Origin: an uncultured Gemmatimonadales bacterium
GTDB lineage: Bacteria > Gemmatimonadota > Gemmatimonadetes > Longimicrobiales > Gaopeijiaceae
Assembly: GCA_963809895.1 (NCBI GenBank)
Contig: CAWELD010000003.1
Location: forward strand, 3,584,001 to 3,648,000
Direction of reading: 5' to 3'
Length of the DNA: 64,000 bases
The stretch's first letter is position 1. Every line of letters begins with the position of its first letter. The notes beneath the pieces were generated by a model, which saw only the letters and a list, made by a program, of their open reading frames with translations, had not been told where the DNA came from and made no database searches. Made by a program: the position numbers and the translations under genes. Of the stretch, positions 10,032-20,656 are shown in pieces.

Positions 10032-13000
10032 ATGGTCATTTCGGATTTCGCCATCAAGAAGCCCATCGTCACCGTGACGGTGATGATCGCCCTGGTGGTC
10101 TTCGGGCTGTACGCGCTCCTGCTCCTGGACGTGGACGAGTTCCCGGAGATCACCAATCCCATCGTCTTCGTGGCCGTGCCCTACCCCGGCGCGTCTCCGG
10201 AGCAGGTGGAGCGCGACGTGGTGGACCCCATGGAGGAGGCGTTCAACGCCATCGGCGGGATCGACCAGATCACCTCCACCTCGCAGGACGGCTTCGCGCA
10301 GATCACGGTGCAGTTCGTCTTCAGCAAGGACGTGGATCAGGCGTCGCAGGACGTGCGGGACGCCATCTCGGGGATCCGGGGCGACCTGCCGCTGGAGATG
10401 GAGGAGCCGGTCATCCGGCGGGTGGACCCCAACGACCTTCCCATCGTGTCGTTGACCCTGTCCTCACCGGACATGGGGCCCGTGCAGCTTACACGCCTGG
10501 CCGATCCGGCCATCACCCGCGAGCTGCGGGCCATCGCCGGCGTGGCGCAGGTGACGGTGCAGGGGGCCGTCGAGCGTGAGCTGACCGTGAACCTCCGGCC
10601 CGCCGATCTGGAGGCCTCCGGCGTGAGCGTGGCCCAGGTGGTCGGCGCCCTCCAGGGCCAGAACCTGTCGGCGCCGGTGGGGCGTGTGAACGCGCCGCTG
10701 CAGGAGCGCACCATCCGCCTCATGGGCCGGCTCGAGAGCCCCGAGCAGTTTCTGCAGATCGTGGTGGGCCAGCGTCAGGGTCAGCTCGTGCGCCTGGGTC
10801 AGGTGGCCGACGTCCTGGACGGCTCCGAGGAGCCTCGCACGCTGGCGCTCTACAACGGCCGCGAGGCCGTCGGTCTGGACATCACCAAGTCTCGCGAAGC
10901 CAGCACGGCCAGGGTGAGTGCGGACGTGCGCGAGCGGGTCGAGGAACTCCGCAAGACGCTCCCGGAGGGTGTGCGCCTGGACATCGTGCGTGACGCCGGT
11001 GACCGGGTCGAGAACTCGGTGCGCAACGTGGAGGAGACGCTCTTCGAGGGCGCTATGCTCACCGTGTTCGTGGTCTTCCTCTTCCTCAATTCGTGGCGCA
11101 GCACGGTCATCACCGGGCTGGCGCTGCCGGTGTCGGTGCTGGCGTCGTTCATCGCCGTGTGGGCCTTCGGCTTCACCCTGAACACCATGTCGCTGCTGGG
11201 GCTGTCGCTGGCCATCGGCATCCTCATCGACGACGCCATCGTGGTGCGGGAGAACATCGTCCGGCACATCGAGATGGGGCAGGATCACTTCGAGGCGGCG
11301 CACACGGGCACCGACCAGATCGGCCTGGCGGTGGCGGCCACCACCTTCTCCATCGTGGCGGTGTTCGTGCCCGTGGCCTTCATGGAAGGAGTGGCGGGGC
11401 AGTGGTTCAAGCCCATGGCGCTCACCATCGCCTGCGCCGTGCTGGTCTCGCTCTTCGTATCGTTCTCGCTGGATCCCATGCTGTCGGCCTACTGGCCGGA
11501 CCCGCAGCTCGAGGCCCACGAACGCAGGAATCCCATCGCGCGGGCGCTGGACCGCTTCAACGAGTGGTTCGACCGCCAGGCGGAGCGCTACAAGGGCGTG
11601 ATCGCGTGGGCGCTGGACCATCGCTGGAGTGTCATCGGCCTGGCCACGGCTGCCTTCGTCGGAGCCCTGGCGGTGCAGGTCGTGTTCGGCGGCGCGGGCT
11701 TCGTGCCCAACAGCGACCGCTCCGAGATCAACGTGGGCGTGGAAACGCCGCCGGGATCCAGCATCGAGTACACGCGCATCAAGGCCGAGGAGGTGGCCCG
11801 CATCGCCCGCACCCACGGCGAGGTGGCCTATACCTACACGACGGTGGGCAGCGCCACGGGCTCGGGCGCCGTGGACGAGGGCAACGTGTACGTGCGCCTC
11901 GTGCCCAAAGCCGATCGCGGAGCCTCGCAGCAGCAGGTGGCGGAACGCATCCGGGGCGAGATCCGGCGCGTGGCCGGTGCCACGGCCTACGTGTATTCCG
12001 CGGGATTCGGGGGCAACCAGAAGCAGATCCAGGTCCAGTTGCGCGGCGAGGAGGACACCGAGCTGCAGCAGGCCGCCGACCGGGTCCTGGGCGTCTTGAA
12101 CGACGTCCCGGGTGCCGTCGATGGGGGACTCTCCACCCGCGGCCAGAAGCCCGAGCTGGAGGTGAATATCCGGCGGGGGCTCGCGGCCACGCTGGGGTTG
12201 TCGCCCGCTCAGATCGCGCAGGCGCTCCGCCCCGCGTTCGCCGGCATCAAGGCCGGCGATTGGGTGGATCCCACCGGTGAGACACGCGACGTGCGGGTGC
12301 GCCTGGAGCCGTCGGCCCGCACCAACGCCTCGGATCTGGCACGCCTGCCCTTGGTGGTGCCGGGGCCCGCCGGTGGAGCGCCCGGCACGCTGCCGCTGGG
12401 CCAGGTCGCCGAGATCCGCGAGAGCATGGGTCCCGCCCAGATCCAGCACCTGGATCGGGACCGCGTCATCACCGTGGGCGCGAACGTGGACGGGCGCTCG
12501 TTGTCGGAGGTGTCGCAGGACATCAACCGCCGCATCGCCGGAATGAACCTGCCACCGGGCGTGGTCGTCTCTCAGGGTGGGCAGGTGGAGCAGCAGGGCG
12601 AGGTCTTCACCAGCATCTTCGCGGCGCTGGGCCTGGCCCTCATGCTCATGTATCTGATCCTGGTCATGCAGTTCGGGTCGTTCCTGGACCCCCTCGCCAT
12701 CCTCATCTCGCTCCCCCTCTCGCTCATCGGCGTGGTGCTGGCGCTCCTCATCACCGGCGACACGCTCAACATCATGAGCATGATCGGCGTGATCCTGCTC
12801 ATGGGCATCGTGGCCAAGAACGCCATCCTGCTCATCGACTTCTGCAAGTGGGGGCGGGAGCGGGGCCTGTCGCTCAGAGAGGCCATGATCGAAGCCGGGC
12901 GCGTGCGTCTGAGGCCCATCCTCATGACCACCCTGGCGCTCATCGCGGGCATGATCCCGGTGGCACTGGGGATCGGAGAGGGCGCCGATTTCCGGGCGCC

Positions 13001-13208
13001 GTTGGGCCGTGCCATCATCGGAGGGGTGATCACCTCCACCTTCCTGACCCTGCTGGTGATCCCCACGGTCTACGAGATCCTGGACGACTGGCGGACCTGG
13101 CTGGTGGCGCGCGTCACGGGCAAGAAGCCAGAATACGACCGGCACCGGGAGAGGAAGGGCGCGGGGCCGGCCCCCGGCGCCGAGCCGGTGCCCGAGGCGG
13201 GGGACTGA
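10032..13208 (+). CDS. RND efflux permease (AcrB/AcrD/AcrF family)
   Basis: 1058 aa; [26 protein letters not shown] and RLRPILMT motifs. Confidence 0.97.
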   Translation: MVISDFAIKKPIVTVTVMIALVVFGLYALLLLDVDEFPEITNPIVFVAVPYPGASPEQVERDVVDPMEEAFNAIGGIDQITSTSQDGFAQITVQFVFSKDVDQASQDVRDAISGIRGDLPLEMEEPVIRRVDPNDLPIVSLTLSSPDMGPVQLTRLADPAITRELRAIAGVAQVTVQGAVERELTVNLRPADLEASGVSVAQVVGALQGQNLSAPVGRVNAPLQERTIRLMGRLESPEQFLQIVVGQRQGQLVRLGQVADVLDGSEEPRTLALYNGREAVGLDITKSREASTARVSADVRERVEELRKTLPEGVRLDIVRDAGDRVENSVRNVEETLFEGAMLTVFVVFLFLNSWRSTVITGLALPVSVLASFIAVWAFGFTLNTMSLLGLSLAIGILIDDAIVVRENIVRHIEMGQDHFEAAHTGTDQIGLAVAATTFSIVAVFVPVAFMEGVAGQWFKPMALTIACAVLVSLFVSFSLDPMLSAYWPDPQLEAHERRNPIARALDRFNEWFDRQAERYKGVIAWALDHRWSVIGLATAAFVGALAVQVVFGGAGFVPNSDRSEINVGVETPPGSSIEYTRIKAEEVARIARTHGEVAYTYTTVGSATGSGAVDEGNVYVRLVPKADRGASQQQVAERIRGEIRRVAGATAYVYSAGFGGNQKQIQVQLRGEEDTELQQAADRVLGVLNDVPGAVDGGLSTRGQKPELEVNIRRGLAATLGLSPAQIAQALRPAFAGIKAGDWVDPTGETRDVRVRLEPSARTNASDLARLPLVVPGPAGGAPGTLPLGQVAEIRESMGPAQIQHLDRDRVITVGANVDGRSLSEVSQDINRRIAGMNLPPGVVVSQGGQVEQQGEVFTSIFAALGLALMLMYLILVMQFGSFLDPLAILISLPLSLIGVVLALLITGDTLNIMSMIGVILLMGIVAKNAILLIDFCKWGRERGLSLREAMIEAGRVRLRPILMTTLALIAGMIPVALGIGEGADFRAPLGRAIIGGVITSTFLTLLVIPTVYEILDDWRTWLVARVTGKKPEYDRHRERKGAGPAPGAEPVPEAGD

Positions 13209-13227
13209 CCACGGGGAGGACGCGGCC

Positions 13228-13797
13228 ATGCGGTCGGACGACGAGGAGCGCTGCGCCGAGCTGAGGCGAGTGCAAGCGATCGACGAGGCCTTCGGGCGCG
13301 GCGATCTCGAGGCCCTGCGCGCGGCGGTGGGCGATCCGGAGGCCATCCCCAACGGCTTCATCGGAATGGCCTTCGGGCCGTGCCTGGAGTACGCGATCTA
13401 TCACAGCCCGCTGGCGTTCGTGCGCGAGCTCCTGGAGTTGGGTGCCGACGTGAATCCCACGAATCACGGGGGATTCCCGCCTCTGATCGCGACGCTCACC
13501 GGCGGCCGCTCGTCGCGTGACGCGGGCCCGCACTCGGGCCCGCTCCAGGTTCTTCGCCTCCTGCTGGAGTTCGGCGCGGACCCGGACCAGCGGGGGTTCA
13601 ACGACTACACGCCACTCCACTACGCCGTGGAGACCCACAACCTCGACGCGCTGGACATCCTGCTCGCGGCCGGGGCGAACCCCACCCTCGCCACGCGCAT
13701 CGATGATCTGGAGACCCCTCGCGAGCTGGCGGAGAAGCTGGGTCTGGCGGAGTACGCCGTGCGGCTGAGGGCGGCCGAGGAGGAGTGGCGGGGTTGA
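13228..13797 (+). CDS. Ankyrin repeat protein
   Basis: LLELGADVN, LLLEFGADPD...TPLHYAV, LLAAGANP repeats. Confidence 0.88.
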   Translation: MRSDDEERCAELRRVQAIDEAFGRGDLEALRAAVGDPEAIPNGFIGMAFGPCLEYAIYHSPLAFVRELLELGADVNPTNHGGFPPLIATLTGGRSSRDAGPHSGPLQVLRLLLEFGADPDQRGFNDYTPLHYAVETHNLDALDILLAAGANPTLATRIDDLETPRELAEKLGLAEYAVRLRAAEEEWRG

Positions 13798-13862
13798 CAC
13801 GCGGCGGAGGCGGCGTGGGGCGGACTCCGCGCCGAACGGCGGCGCGCGAGCCCTCTTGCGTC

Positions 13863-13878
13863 TACGGCAGTTGTCGTA
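13863..13878 (+). promoter_or_regulatory. Putative BlaI-family operator
   Basis: Imperfect 7-2-7 palindrome TACGGCA-GT-TGTCGTA just after TTGCGT (13856-13861), upstream of the BlaI-family gene. Confidence 0.55.
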
Positions 13879-13930
13879 CTATCGTCGGGTTCGGGGACCG
13901 TGACGATGTATCGGACGCTGGGATGAGACG

Positions 13931-14323
13931 ATGACGAAGACGGGAAGACGTCCACCTGCGGCGCTGCCGTCGGATGCCGAGCTCAAGCTCCTGCGTGAGC
14001 TCTGGCAGGCCGGCGAGCTTTCCGTGCGCCAGCTCCACGAGCGGGTCGAAGCCGACTGGCCGGTGGGGTACACCACCGTGCTCAAGCTGCTTCAGCGCAT
14101 GCACGACAAGGGCCTCGTGTCTCGACGCGGGGCGGGCCGCGCGCATCTGTATCGGGCCGTCACCGGCGAGGCGGTTCTGGAGCGGCGCCTGGTGCGCGAC
14201 TTCCTGGCGCGCACCTTCGACGGCTCCGTGGAACGCCTGCTCCAGCGAGCGCTGCCCGACCGGGCCGCCGACTCCGACGAGCTCCGGGAGATTCGCCGAC
14301 TCCTGGATCGTATCGAGGAGTGA
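13931..14323 (+). CDS. BlaI/MecI/CopY family repressor
   Basis: PSDAELKLLRELW...YTTVLKLLQRMHDKGLV...AHLY...FDGS. Confidence 0.93.
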   Translation: MTKTGRRPPAALPSDAELKLLRELWQAGELSVRQLHERVEADWPVGYTTVLKLLQRMHDKGLVSRRGAGRAHLYRAVTGEAVLERRLVRDFLARTFDGSVERLLQRALPDRAADSDELREIRRLLDRIEE

Positions 14324-14330
14324 GGACGTG

Positions 14331-15575
14331 ATGCCCGGCCTGGTGTCCACCGGCCTCCTCAGAACGCTGGGATGGTCGCTGCTGCATACGCTCTGGCAGG
14401 CGGCCGCCGTCTACGCCGGGCTGCGACTGGTGCTGACCATTCTTCCCACCGCCACAGCCCGGGCTCGCTACCACGCGGCCCTGGGTGCCGGCGTGGTGCT
14501 GCTCGTGCTCTGGGTCGGCACGACGGCCTGGTTGGTCGGGGGATGGCGAGAGCACGCCCGCTGCTGGGACTCGACCCCCGCGGAAATCGAGGCAGCGCCA
14601 GCGCTCTGCCGGGGACACGGGCGTGTCGACCCGAGGTCGGAGGCAGCGGAGCCGGCGCACTCCTCGGTCTTTCATCGTGTGGACGAGTTTGCGCGAGCGC
14701 TGGCGACCCCGGTGAACGAGATGGTGGGACCGCCGCTCCCGGGTCTCTCGCGAGCGGCCACGCCGCTCCTGGGGTCGTGGCCGGTGGTCTGGGCCGCGGT
14801 CTTCGGGCTCCTCGCGCTGGGCACCGTGGTGGGCCACCGATCGCTCCGGCGCATGGTGGCTGAATCGGAGCCCGTCTCCGACCGTCGGGCCGTGTCGGCG
14901 CGGGACGAGTTGGCCGCTGCGCTGGGACTGCCTGCCGGCATCCCTTTGCGGTCCAGCGCGCGCGTGTCGGGTCCGGGAGTAGCAGGGTGGGGCCCCGGTG
15001 CGATCGTCGTGCCCCATGGCCTCACCGAGACTCTTGGCGACGTGCACCTGCGGGCGCTCCTCGCCCACGAGTTGGCGCACGTGAGGGGTGGGGACTACGC
15101 CGTGGGCTTGGCTCAGCTCCTGCTGCAGCGAGCGCTCTTCTTCAATCCGTGGGCTCGCGTCCTGTCGCGGAGCATCACCGAGGAGCGTGAGGCGCTCCGG
15201 GACCACGCCGCCGTCGGTGCCGTCGGCTCGAGGCGCTCGTACGCCGAGATGCTGTTGGCCCTCGAGGAAACGCGAGCCCGCCGGCCCGCGCCCCGGAGTC
15301 TCGTCCCCCTGCTCGCCGAGGGCACGCTCCTGAGCAGGGTGCGTCGCCTTGTCCCCGGCGCCAGCCGCGGCCGCGCCCGGTGGCGGATCGCGTCGGCTCT
15401 CACCGCCGCCGTCCTCGCCACCGCGATCCTGTTGGAGGCGACCCTGGCCGCCGGCGCCCTGAGCTCCTGGGCGGTCATGAGCGCCGACACGCAGGCGCGC
15501 CAGGCCGCGGCATCCGGCGCCGCCCGGGTGCCGGACCCTACAGCGACCGCCCCCCACTCCACCGCACACGACTGA
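14331..15575 (+). CDS. M56 family metallopeptidase (BlaR1-like, no penicillin-binding domain)
   Basis: LGWSLLHTLWQ N-terminus, HELAH zinc motif, FFNPW..ERE..D; directly follows the BlaI-family gene. Confidence 0.88.
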   Translation: MPGLVSTGLLRTLGWSLLHTLWQAAAVYAGLRLVLTILPTATARARYHAALGAGVVLLVLWVGTTAWLVGGWREHARCWDSTPAEIEAAPALCRGHGRVDPRSEAAEPAHSSVFHRVDEFARALATPVNEMVGPPLPGLSRAATPLLGSWPVVWAAVFGLLALGTVVGHRSLRRMVAESEPVSDRRAVSARDELAAALGLPAGIPLRSSARVSGPGVAGWGPGAIVVPHGLTETLGDVHLRALLAHELAHVRGGDYAVGLAQLLLQRALFFNPWARVLSRSITEEREALRDHAAVGAVGSRRSYAEMLLALEETRARRPAPRSLVPLLAEGTLLSRVRRLVPGASRGRARWRIASALTAAVLATAILLEATLAAGALSSWAVMSADTQARQAAASGAARVPDPTATAPHSTAHD

Positions 15576-15607
15576 CGCACGGTCACATCTTCTTCTGGAG
15601 GATCACG

Positions 15608-17308
15608 ATGTACCCTCATGTACGACGTCCGTCGTATTATCCCCCTTTCTCGCGTTTCGTGTTCCGGTGCCTGGCTGGAGCCGTGTGCGCGGCCCTGATC
15701 CTGGTGTTCGCTCCGCGGGTCGGGAGTGCCCAGAATACCCACACGGCCGCCATCGATTCCATGGTGCAGGCAGAGCTGCACGCGCGTCCCATCGCGGGAA
15801 TGGTCGTCGGGGTGGTCCAGGGCGAGGACACGCTCTTCCTGAAGGCATACGGGAAGGCCGATCTGGAGAACGGGAGTCCCATGTCCGAGGACGGCGTCTT
15901 CCGGATCGCCTCGCTGACCAAGCAGTTCACGGCCGCGGCCGTGCTCGAGCTCGTGGAGCAGGGGCGGGTCGCGCTGGACGACGACATCCGCACGTACCTG
16001 CCGGATCTGGACACCCAGGGCCGGGTCCTGCGGATCCGCCAGCTCCTGAACCACACGTCGGGTGTGCGCAACGTCTACGAGTTGGCGGCCTGGTCCCGCA
16101 TCCGTCCCCTGCGGCTCCCTCGGGCCGAAACCCGGAAGCTGGTGCTCCAGGGTCTGGCCGAGGAGGGCCTGGATTTCGAGCCCGGCACCGACTTCCACTA
16201 CTCGAACACGGGATACGATCTGCTGGGAGACATGATCGAGAAGGTCACGGGCACGGACCTCGGCAGCTTCTTCCGGACCGAGCTCCTCGAGCCGTTGGGG
16301 ATGGACCACACGAGCATGTGTCCGTGGCCTCGCGTGATTCCCCACCGGGTCCGCGGATACGAGCCCGACGGCGGGACGCTCACCAACGCCTTCCGTATCA
16401 GCCAGGGCGTCCTGTTCGCCTCGGGGGGCCTCTGCTCCGATGCGCGCGACCTGCTCCGCTGGAACGCCGCGCTGCACGGCGGGCGCGTTCTGTCGCCGGA
16501 GAGCTACCGGGCCATGACGACGCCCGAGGGCGCGAGCACGACGTACGGATACGGTCTGTTCATCAACACCCTCCAGGGCCATCGCGTCATCCGACACAAC
16601 GGTTCCGTTCCCGGGTTCGCGAGTCAACTCGAGTACTATCCCGACGACAGCCTGTCCATCGTGGTCCTGGCCAACAGCCCGGCCATGGTGGGCATGCTCG
16701 CCAGCGATATCGCCCTGAACGTGCTGGGCCTGCCCCCCCGCCGACCCGCGGTGCGGCCCGACGGCTGGAAGGTGGTGGCGCTCCAGCCCGGGGCCGACAC
16801 GACCGCCATCAACTTCCGGACCATGATGGCTGGCGTGCATGTCACGGCGGGGCCCGGCGCGCTCTACTTCAATCCGGACAGCGCGGCGGTCGGTGACTAC
16901 ACGGTGGCAGGCACCTTCATCGGCCTCGCCGATCCCGACCCCGATTACGGGCACGGCATCCTTCTGGCCGGTCGCTCTCTCGAGACCTCCGAGGCGGCGT
17001 ACCTCCGCTTCGTGGTGCGCGGATCCGGTGAGTACGCGCTGATCCGGCATGCCCACGGGAGTGACGAGGCGCTGATCCCCTGGACCGAAGCCGCCGCCAT
17101 CCACCACAAGCGCCCCCACGCCAACGCGGCCAATGCGCTGGCGGCTCAGGTGGAGCGAGGCACCCTGCACCTCCAGATCAACGATGAGGAGGTGGCCGCG
17201 CTTCCACTCGGGTCCGTGGGCCCCTCGGACGGCATCATCGGCCTCTGGGTGGGCGACGGCGACGACGTGCACATCGACGGCTTCGGGGCCAGGGGCGGTC
17301 GCGACTGA
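15608..17308 (+). CDS. Secreted serine hydrolase (class C beta-lactamase/S12 fold) with an extra C-terminal beta-rich domain
   Basis: RBS GGAGGA; signal peptide; SLTK (SxxK), LLNHTSG, YSN and HNG motifs. Confidence 0.88.
   Translation: MYPHVRRPSYYPPFSRFVFRCLAGAVCAALILVFAPRVGSAQNTHTAAIDSMVQAELHARPIAGMVVGVVQGEDTLFLKAYGKADLENGSPMSEDGVFRIASLTKQFTAAAVLELVEQGRVALDDDIRTYLPDLDTQGRVLRIRQLLNHTSGVRNVYELAAWSRIRPLRLPRAETRKLVLQGLAEEGLDFEPGTDFHYSNTGYDLLGDMIEKVTGTDLGSFFRTELLEPLGMDHTSMCPWPRVIPHRVRGYEPDGGTLTNAFRISQGVLFASGGLCSDARDLLRWNAALHGGRVLSPESYRAMTTPEGASTTYGYGLFINTLQGHRVIRHNGSVPGFASQLEYYPDDSLSIVVLANSPAMVGMLASDIALNVLGLPPRRPAVRPDGWKVVALQPGADTTAINFRTMMAGVHVTAGPGALYFNPDSAAVGDYTVAGTFIGLADPDPDYGHGILLAGRSLETSEAAYLRFVVRGSGEYALIRHAHGSDEALIPWTEAAAIHHKRPHANAANALAAQVERGTLHLQINDEEVAALPLGSVGPSDGIIGLWVGDGDDVHIDGFGARGGRD
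15621..15636 (+). promoter_or_regulatory. Second putative BlaI-family operator, inside the 5' end of the hydrolase gene
   Basis: Perfect TACGACG-TC-CGTCGTA, same geometry as 13863-13878. Confidence 0.45.
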
Positions 17309-17413
17309 TGCCGGGCACCGTGACGGCTGGGGCATCTGAGCCGCCACGCACCCTTCGCGTTCCAACCTTCCCGCGACTTCGTCCGTCTCACCTCCTGAAA
17401 CATTGCTGCCCGC

Positions 17414-17433
17414 GACATAGTATGTCATACATA
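17414..17433 (+). promoter_or_regulatory. Overlapping palindromes upstream of PadR #1
   Basis: GACATA-G-TATGTC (17414-17426) and TATGT-CAT-ACATA (17421-17433) in an AT-rich patch. Confidence 0.55.
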
Positions 17434-17475
17434 GCATCAGAACGTCGCGACCCTGAAAACTGGAGAACCCCCGCC

Positions 17476-17847
17476 GTGTCCCTCGACCGTGAATGGATCC
17501 GTGGTGCCGCCCCCCTGGCGGTGCTCACCCTTCTGGAAGCCCGCGAGATGTACGGCTACGAGCTGGTGGAGGCGCTGGAGAGAGGCTCCGGCGGATTGCT
17601 GGAGCTCGGTCAGTCCACCGTGTATCCGCTGCTCTACAACCTGGAGAGCCGGGGCTTCGTGGAACCGCTGCGGCGCACGGCGCCCACGGGCCGCGAGCGG
17701 AAATACTACCGCCTGACGCCCGAGGGACGCAGCTGGCTGGAGGGTCAGCGCGACCAGTGGAGCACGCTCGTGGAGGCGCTCCACCGGTTGGGCGTCGACG
17801 GCGGCGACGCCGGGCCGGCTCCGGCCGCGGGCGAGGCGGTGCCGTGA
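17476..17847 (+). CDS. PadR family transcriptional regulator #1
   Basis: MYGYELVEAL...TVYPLLYNLE..G..RKYYRLTPEG; GTG start after GGAG. Confidence 0.92.
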   Translation: MSLDREWIRGAAPLAVLTLLEAREMYGYELVEALERGSGGLLELGQSTVYPLLYNLESRGFVEPLRRTAPTGRERKYYRLTPEGRSWLEGQRDQWSTLVEALHRLGVDGGDAGPAPAAGEAVP

Positions 17848-20561
17848 CGGGCCGCGACCGGCTGCCGCCGGAGCTGGAGGCCGTGGTGCGGGAGGCGCTG
17901 GACGCCGCCGGCCTGCCCCCTGGCGAACGCGGGGCGGTGGAAGAGGACCTGCGGGCACACTTCGAGGACGGTCTGGACACGGGGCGGAGCGCCGAGGAGC
18001 TGGCCCGGAGCTTCGGGGATCCCGAGGCGGCGGGACGACGAATCGGGCGGGCGCGCGACGCCGGCCGACGACATGGTCATGGACGTGACGGGAGGTGGAC
18101 GATGGTGGCAGCGGAGCTGTGGACCGAGATCAGGCGGGCGGCGCGCACCCTGGCCCGGGCGCCGGGCTTCACCGCGCTGGTGGTGGCCACCCTGGCCCTG
18201 GGCATCGGTGCCAACACGGCGGTGTTCACGGTGCTGGACGCGGTGCTCCTCGCACCCCTGCCCTACAGCCGGCCGGACCGGCTCGTGCGGGTGTACGCCA
18301 AGGATCTGGACGACGGTGGAGACAACTTCCTCCCGGGCCCCGCGGCGGTGGCGTACGCCGGTTGGAACGACGTCTTCGAGGATTTCGGCGTGCTCTACAC
18401 GTACCGGGAGACCGGCGCCGACCTCACCGACGGTGACCGTCCCGAGCGGGTCATCACCTCCAACGTGGACGGGGGATTCTTCGACGCGCTGGGCGTGGAG
18501 CCGCTCCTGGGTCGCACCTTCCGCGAAGAGGAGAGCATGACGTCGGGCGAGGACGCGTCCAAGCGGGCGGGGGCACCGTCAGCCGTCCTTTCCTACGGGC
18601 TGTGGCAGCGCCTGTTCGGGGGCGATCGCGGCGTGCTCGGCCGCACCATCCACCTCGACGGCGCGTCGTACCAGGTGGTGGGCGTCATGCCACAGGGCTT
18701 CACCAACCCCTTCGGCAGCCCGCCCGACCTGTGGTTGCCGCAGGACCTGGTGGGCCGCTGGAACTCCTGGGGCAACTTCTACCTGTCGGGCGTGGCCCGC
18801 CTGCGGGACGGCGTCACCCCGGAGCAGGCGCAGGCCCGGGTGGACGTCCTGGCCGACGGCTTGCGGGCGCAGGAACCGGACATGGGCGATTGGGGCGTGG
18901 CCGTGCGTTCGCTTCGCGACGACATCGTCGGCGACCAGCGCCGCACCATGTTGTGGATTCTGGCCGCCGCCGTGGGACTGGTCCTGCTGAGCGCCTGTGT
19001 GAACGCCGGCAACCTGGTGCTGGCCCGCAACCTGGGGCGGGGGCGGGACCTGGCGGTGCGGGGCGCGTTGGGCTCGGGACGTCGTCGCCTGGTGCTGCAC
19101 CTGCTGGCCGAGAGCGCCCTGCTGGCCGTGGTCGGCGGCGCGCTCGGGGTCCTGGTGGGATGGACCGGCGTGCGGGCCCTCCTGTCGCTGGCGCCCGACG
19201 CGTTGCCGAGGCTGGTCACGCCGACCTTGAGCGGGCGCCTCCTGGTGGTGGCAGGCGCCGCCACGACGGCGGCGCTGGCCCTGTTCGGATTGGCGCCGGC
19301 GCTGCGGCTGTCGCGGACGGCGCCGGCCCAGAGCCTCCGTGGTGGCAGAGGTGAGAGCGAAGGCGCGACGCTCAAGCGAATCCGGGCCGGTCTCGTGGTG
19401 ACGCAGGTGGCGGTGGCGCTGGTGTTGGTGGTGGGCGCCGGCCTGCTGACCCGCAGCTTCGCGCGCCTGCGCGCCGTGGACCTGGGTGTGAACGGCGATG
19501 GGGTGCTCACGTTCGAGGTGCACCTCCCCCAGAGCCGCTATCCCGACGGTGCCAGCCGCCAGGCGTTCCACCAGGCGCTGGACCGCCGCCTGGAAGGGCT
19601 CCCGGGGGTCGTCTCCGCAGGCGCGGTCTCCTGGCTGCCCGTGAACGGTCGCTATCACTCCTGGGGCGTACTGCCTCTGGGCCGGGATTTCGATCCCGAG
19701 AGCAGCTCGGTGGACGAGGACAACTGGTTCACCAGCGACGTGCGCGTGGTGGAGGGGGACTACTTCGAGACGCTGGGAATCCAGGTCGTGCGGGGTCAGC
19801 CCCTCGACGAGTTGGACCCCGGCGGACCGAGGGTGGTGTGGGTGAACGAGCGCGCGGCGGCCGACATCTTCGGCGAAGAGAATCCCATCGGCGAGCAGCT
19901 CTACGCCGGCAACGAGCCCCGACGCGTCGTGGGCGTGGTGGAGAACGTCGCCAACGATCCCCACGGCGGCTCGTTCCGGGAGACCTACATTCCCCACGCG
20001 CAGTTCGCGGACGATCGCAACTGGGCGCTCATCCACACCGTGCGCACCCGGGGCGACCTGGGCGATCTGCAGGCGGAGGTGCGACGGGAGCTGGCGCAGC
20101 TCGATCCGGTCCTCGTGCTCTATCGACCCCGGCCCTTCCGCGCGTTCCTGGCCAGCGCCCGCGCCGAGGACCGCTTCGCCACCACCTTGATGGGCACCTT
20201 CGCCCTGCTGGCGTTGGCGCTGTCCGCCATCGGCACCTACGGCGTCCTGGCGAACGCGGTGCTGCGCCGCCGCCGGGAGATCGGCATCCGCATGGCGCTC
20301 GGTGCCGATGCCGGCGCAGTCCGGGGGATGGTCCTGCGCTCGGCGTCGGCCATGCTGGTGCTGGGCGCGGTGCTGGGCACCGCCGGGGCCTGGGTCGGAA
20401 GCCGCTGGCTGCAGAGCCTGCTCTTCGGGGTGACGCCCGACGATCCCCTGGTGTGGGGTGGGGGCGTCACGCTGCTCCTGGGATTCGGTGTGCTGGCGGC
20501 GTGGCTCCCCGCGCGCCGCGCCACCCGGGTCGATCCGGCTCGCACGCTGGGCGCGGAATAG
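17844..20561 (+). CDS. Orphan duplicated MacB-like ABC permease (ADOP-type) #1 with HAAS-like N-terminal prefix
   Basis: GTGA overlap with PadR; TLALGIGANTAVF, ACVNAGNL, RRREIGIRMALGA, PARRATRVDP; N-terminal EEDLRAHF...SFGDP. Confidence 0.93.
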   Translation: MTGRDRLPPELEAVVREALDAAGLPPGERGAVEEDLRAHFEDGLDTGRSAEELARSFGDPEAAGRRIGRARDAGRRHGHGRDGRWTMVAAELWTEIRRAARTLARAPGFTALVVATLALGIGANTAVFTVLDAVLLAPLPYSRPDRLVRVYAKDLDDGGDNFLPGPAAVAYAGWNDVFEDFGVLYTYRETGADLTDGDRPERVITSNVDGGFFDALGVEPLLGRTFREEESMTSGEDASKRAGAPSAVLSYGLWQRLFGGDRGVLGRTIHLDGASYQVVGVMPQGFTNPFGSPPDLWLPQDLVGRWNSWGNFYLSGVARLRDGVTPEQAQARVDVLADGLRAQEPDMGDWGVAVRSLRDDIVGDQRRTMLWILAAAVGLVLLSACVNAGNLVLARNLGRGRDLAVRGALGSGRRRLVLHLLAESALLAVVGGALGVLVGWTGVRALLSLAPDALPRLVTPTLSGRLLVVAGAATTAALALFGLAPALRLSRTAPAQSLRGGRGESEGATLKRIRAGLVVTQVAVALVLVVGAGLLTRSFARLRAVDLGVNGDGVLTFEVHLPQSRYPDGASRQAFHQALDRRLEGLPGVVSAGAVSWLPVNGRYHSWGVLPLGRDFDPESSSVDEDNWFTSDVRVVEGDYFETLGIQVVRGQPLDELDPGGPRVVWVNERAAADIFGEENPIGEQLYAGNEPRRVVGVVENVANDPHGGSFRETYIPHAQFADDRNWALIHTVRTRGDLGDLQAEVRRELAQLDPVLVLYRPRPFRAFLASARAEDRFATTLMGTFALLALALSAIGTYGVLANAVLRRRREIGIRMALGADAGAVRGMVLRSASAMLVLGAVLGTAGAWVGSRWLQSLLFGVTPDDPLVWGGGVTLLLGFGVLAAWLPARRATRVDPARTLGAE

Positions 20562-20656
20562 AAGCGGCGTCGTCGGGCGGTGGCGACTATCTTGTCGGCG
20601 ACGCGGGCCGGCACGTGGGCCGGAGCCGCGAACACGCCCGACCATAGGGGGATGCC

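Noticed and set aside
10464..13361. Long antisense and alternate-frame ORFs (e.g. 10464-13361, 15113-17437, 44251-46695, 52085-54688)
   Set aside because: Shadow ORFs of real genes in high-GC DNA; Arg/Pro/Gly-rich with no recognisable motifs.
15608..17308. Calling the serine hydrolase a true AmpC beta-lactamase
   Set aside because: It has HNG in place of KTG and an extra domain; the fold alone does not establish beta-lactamase activity.
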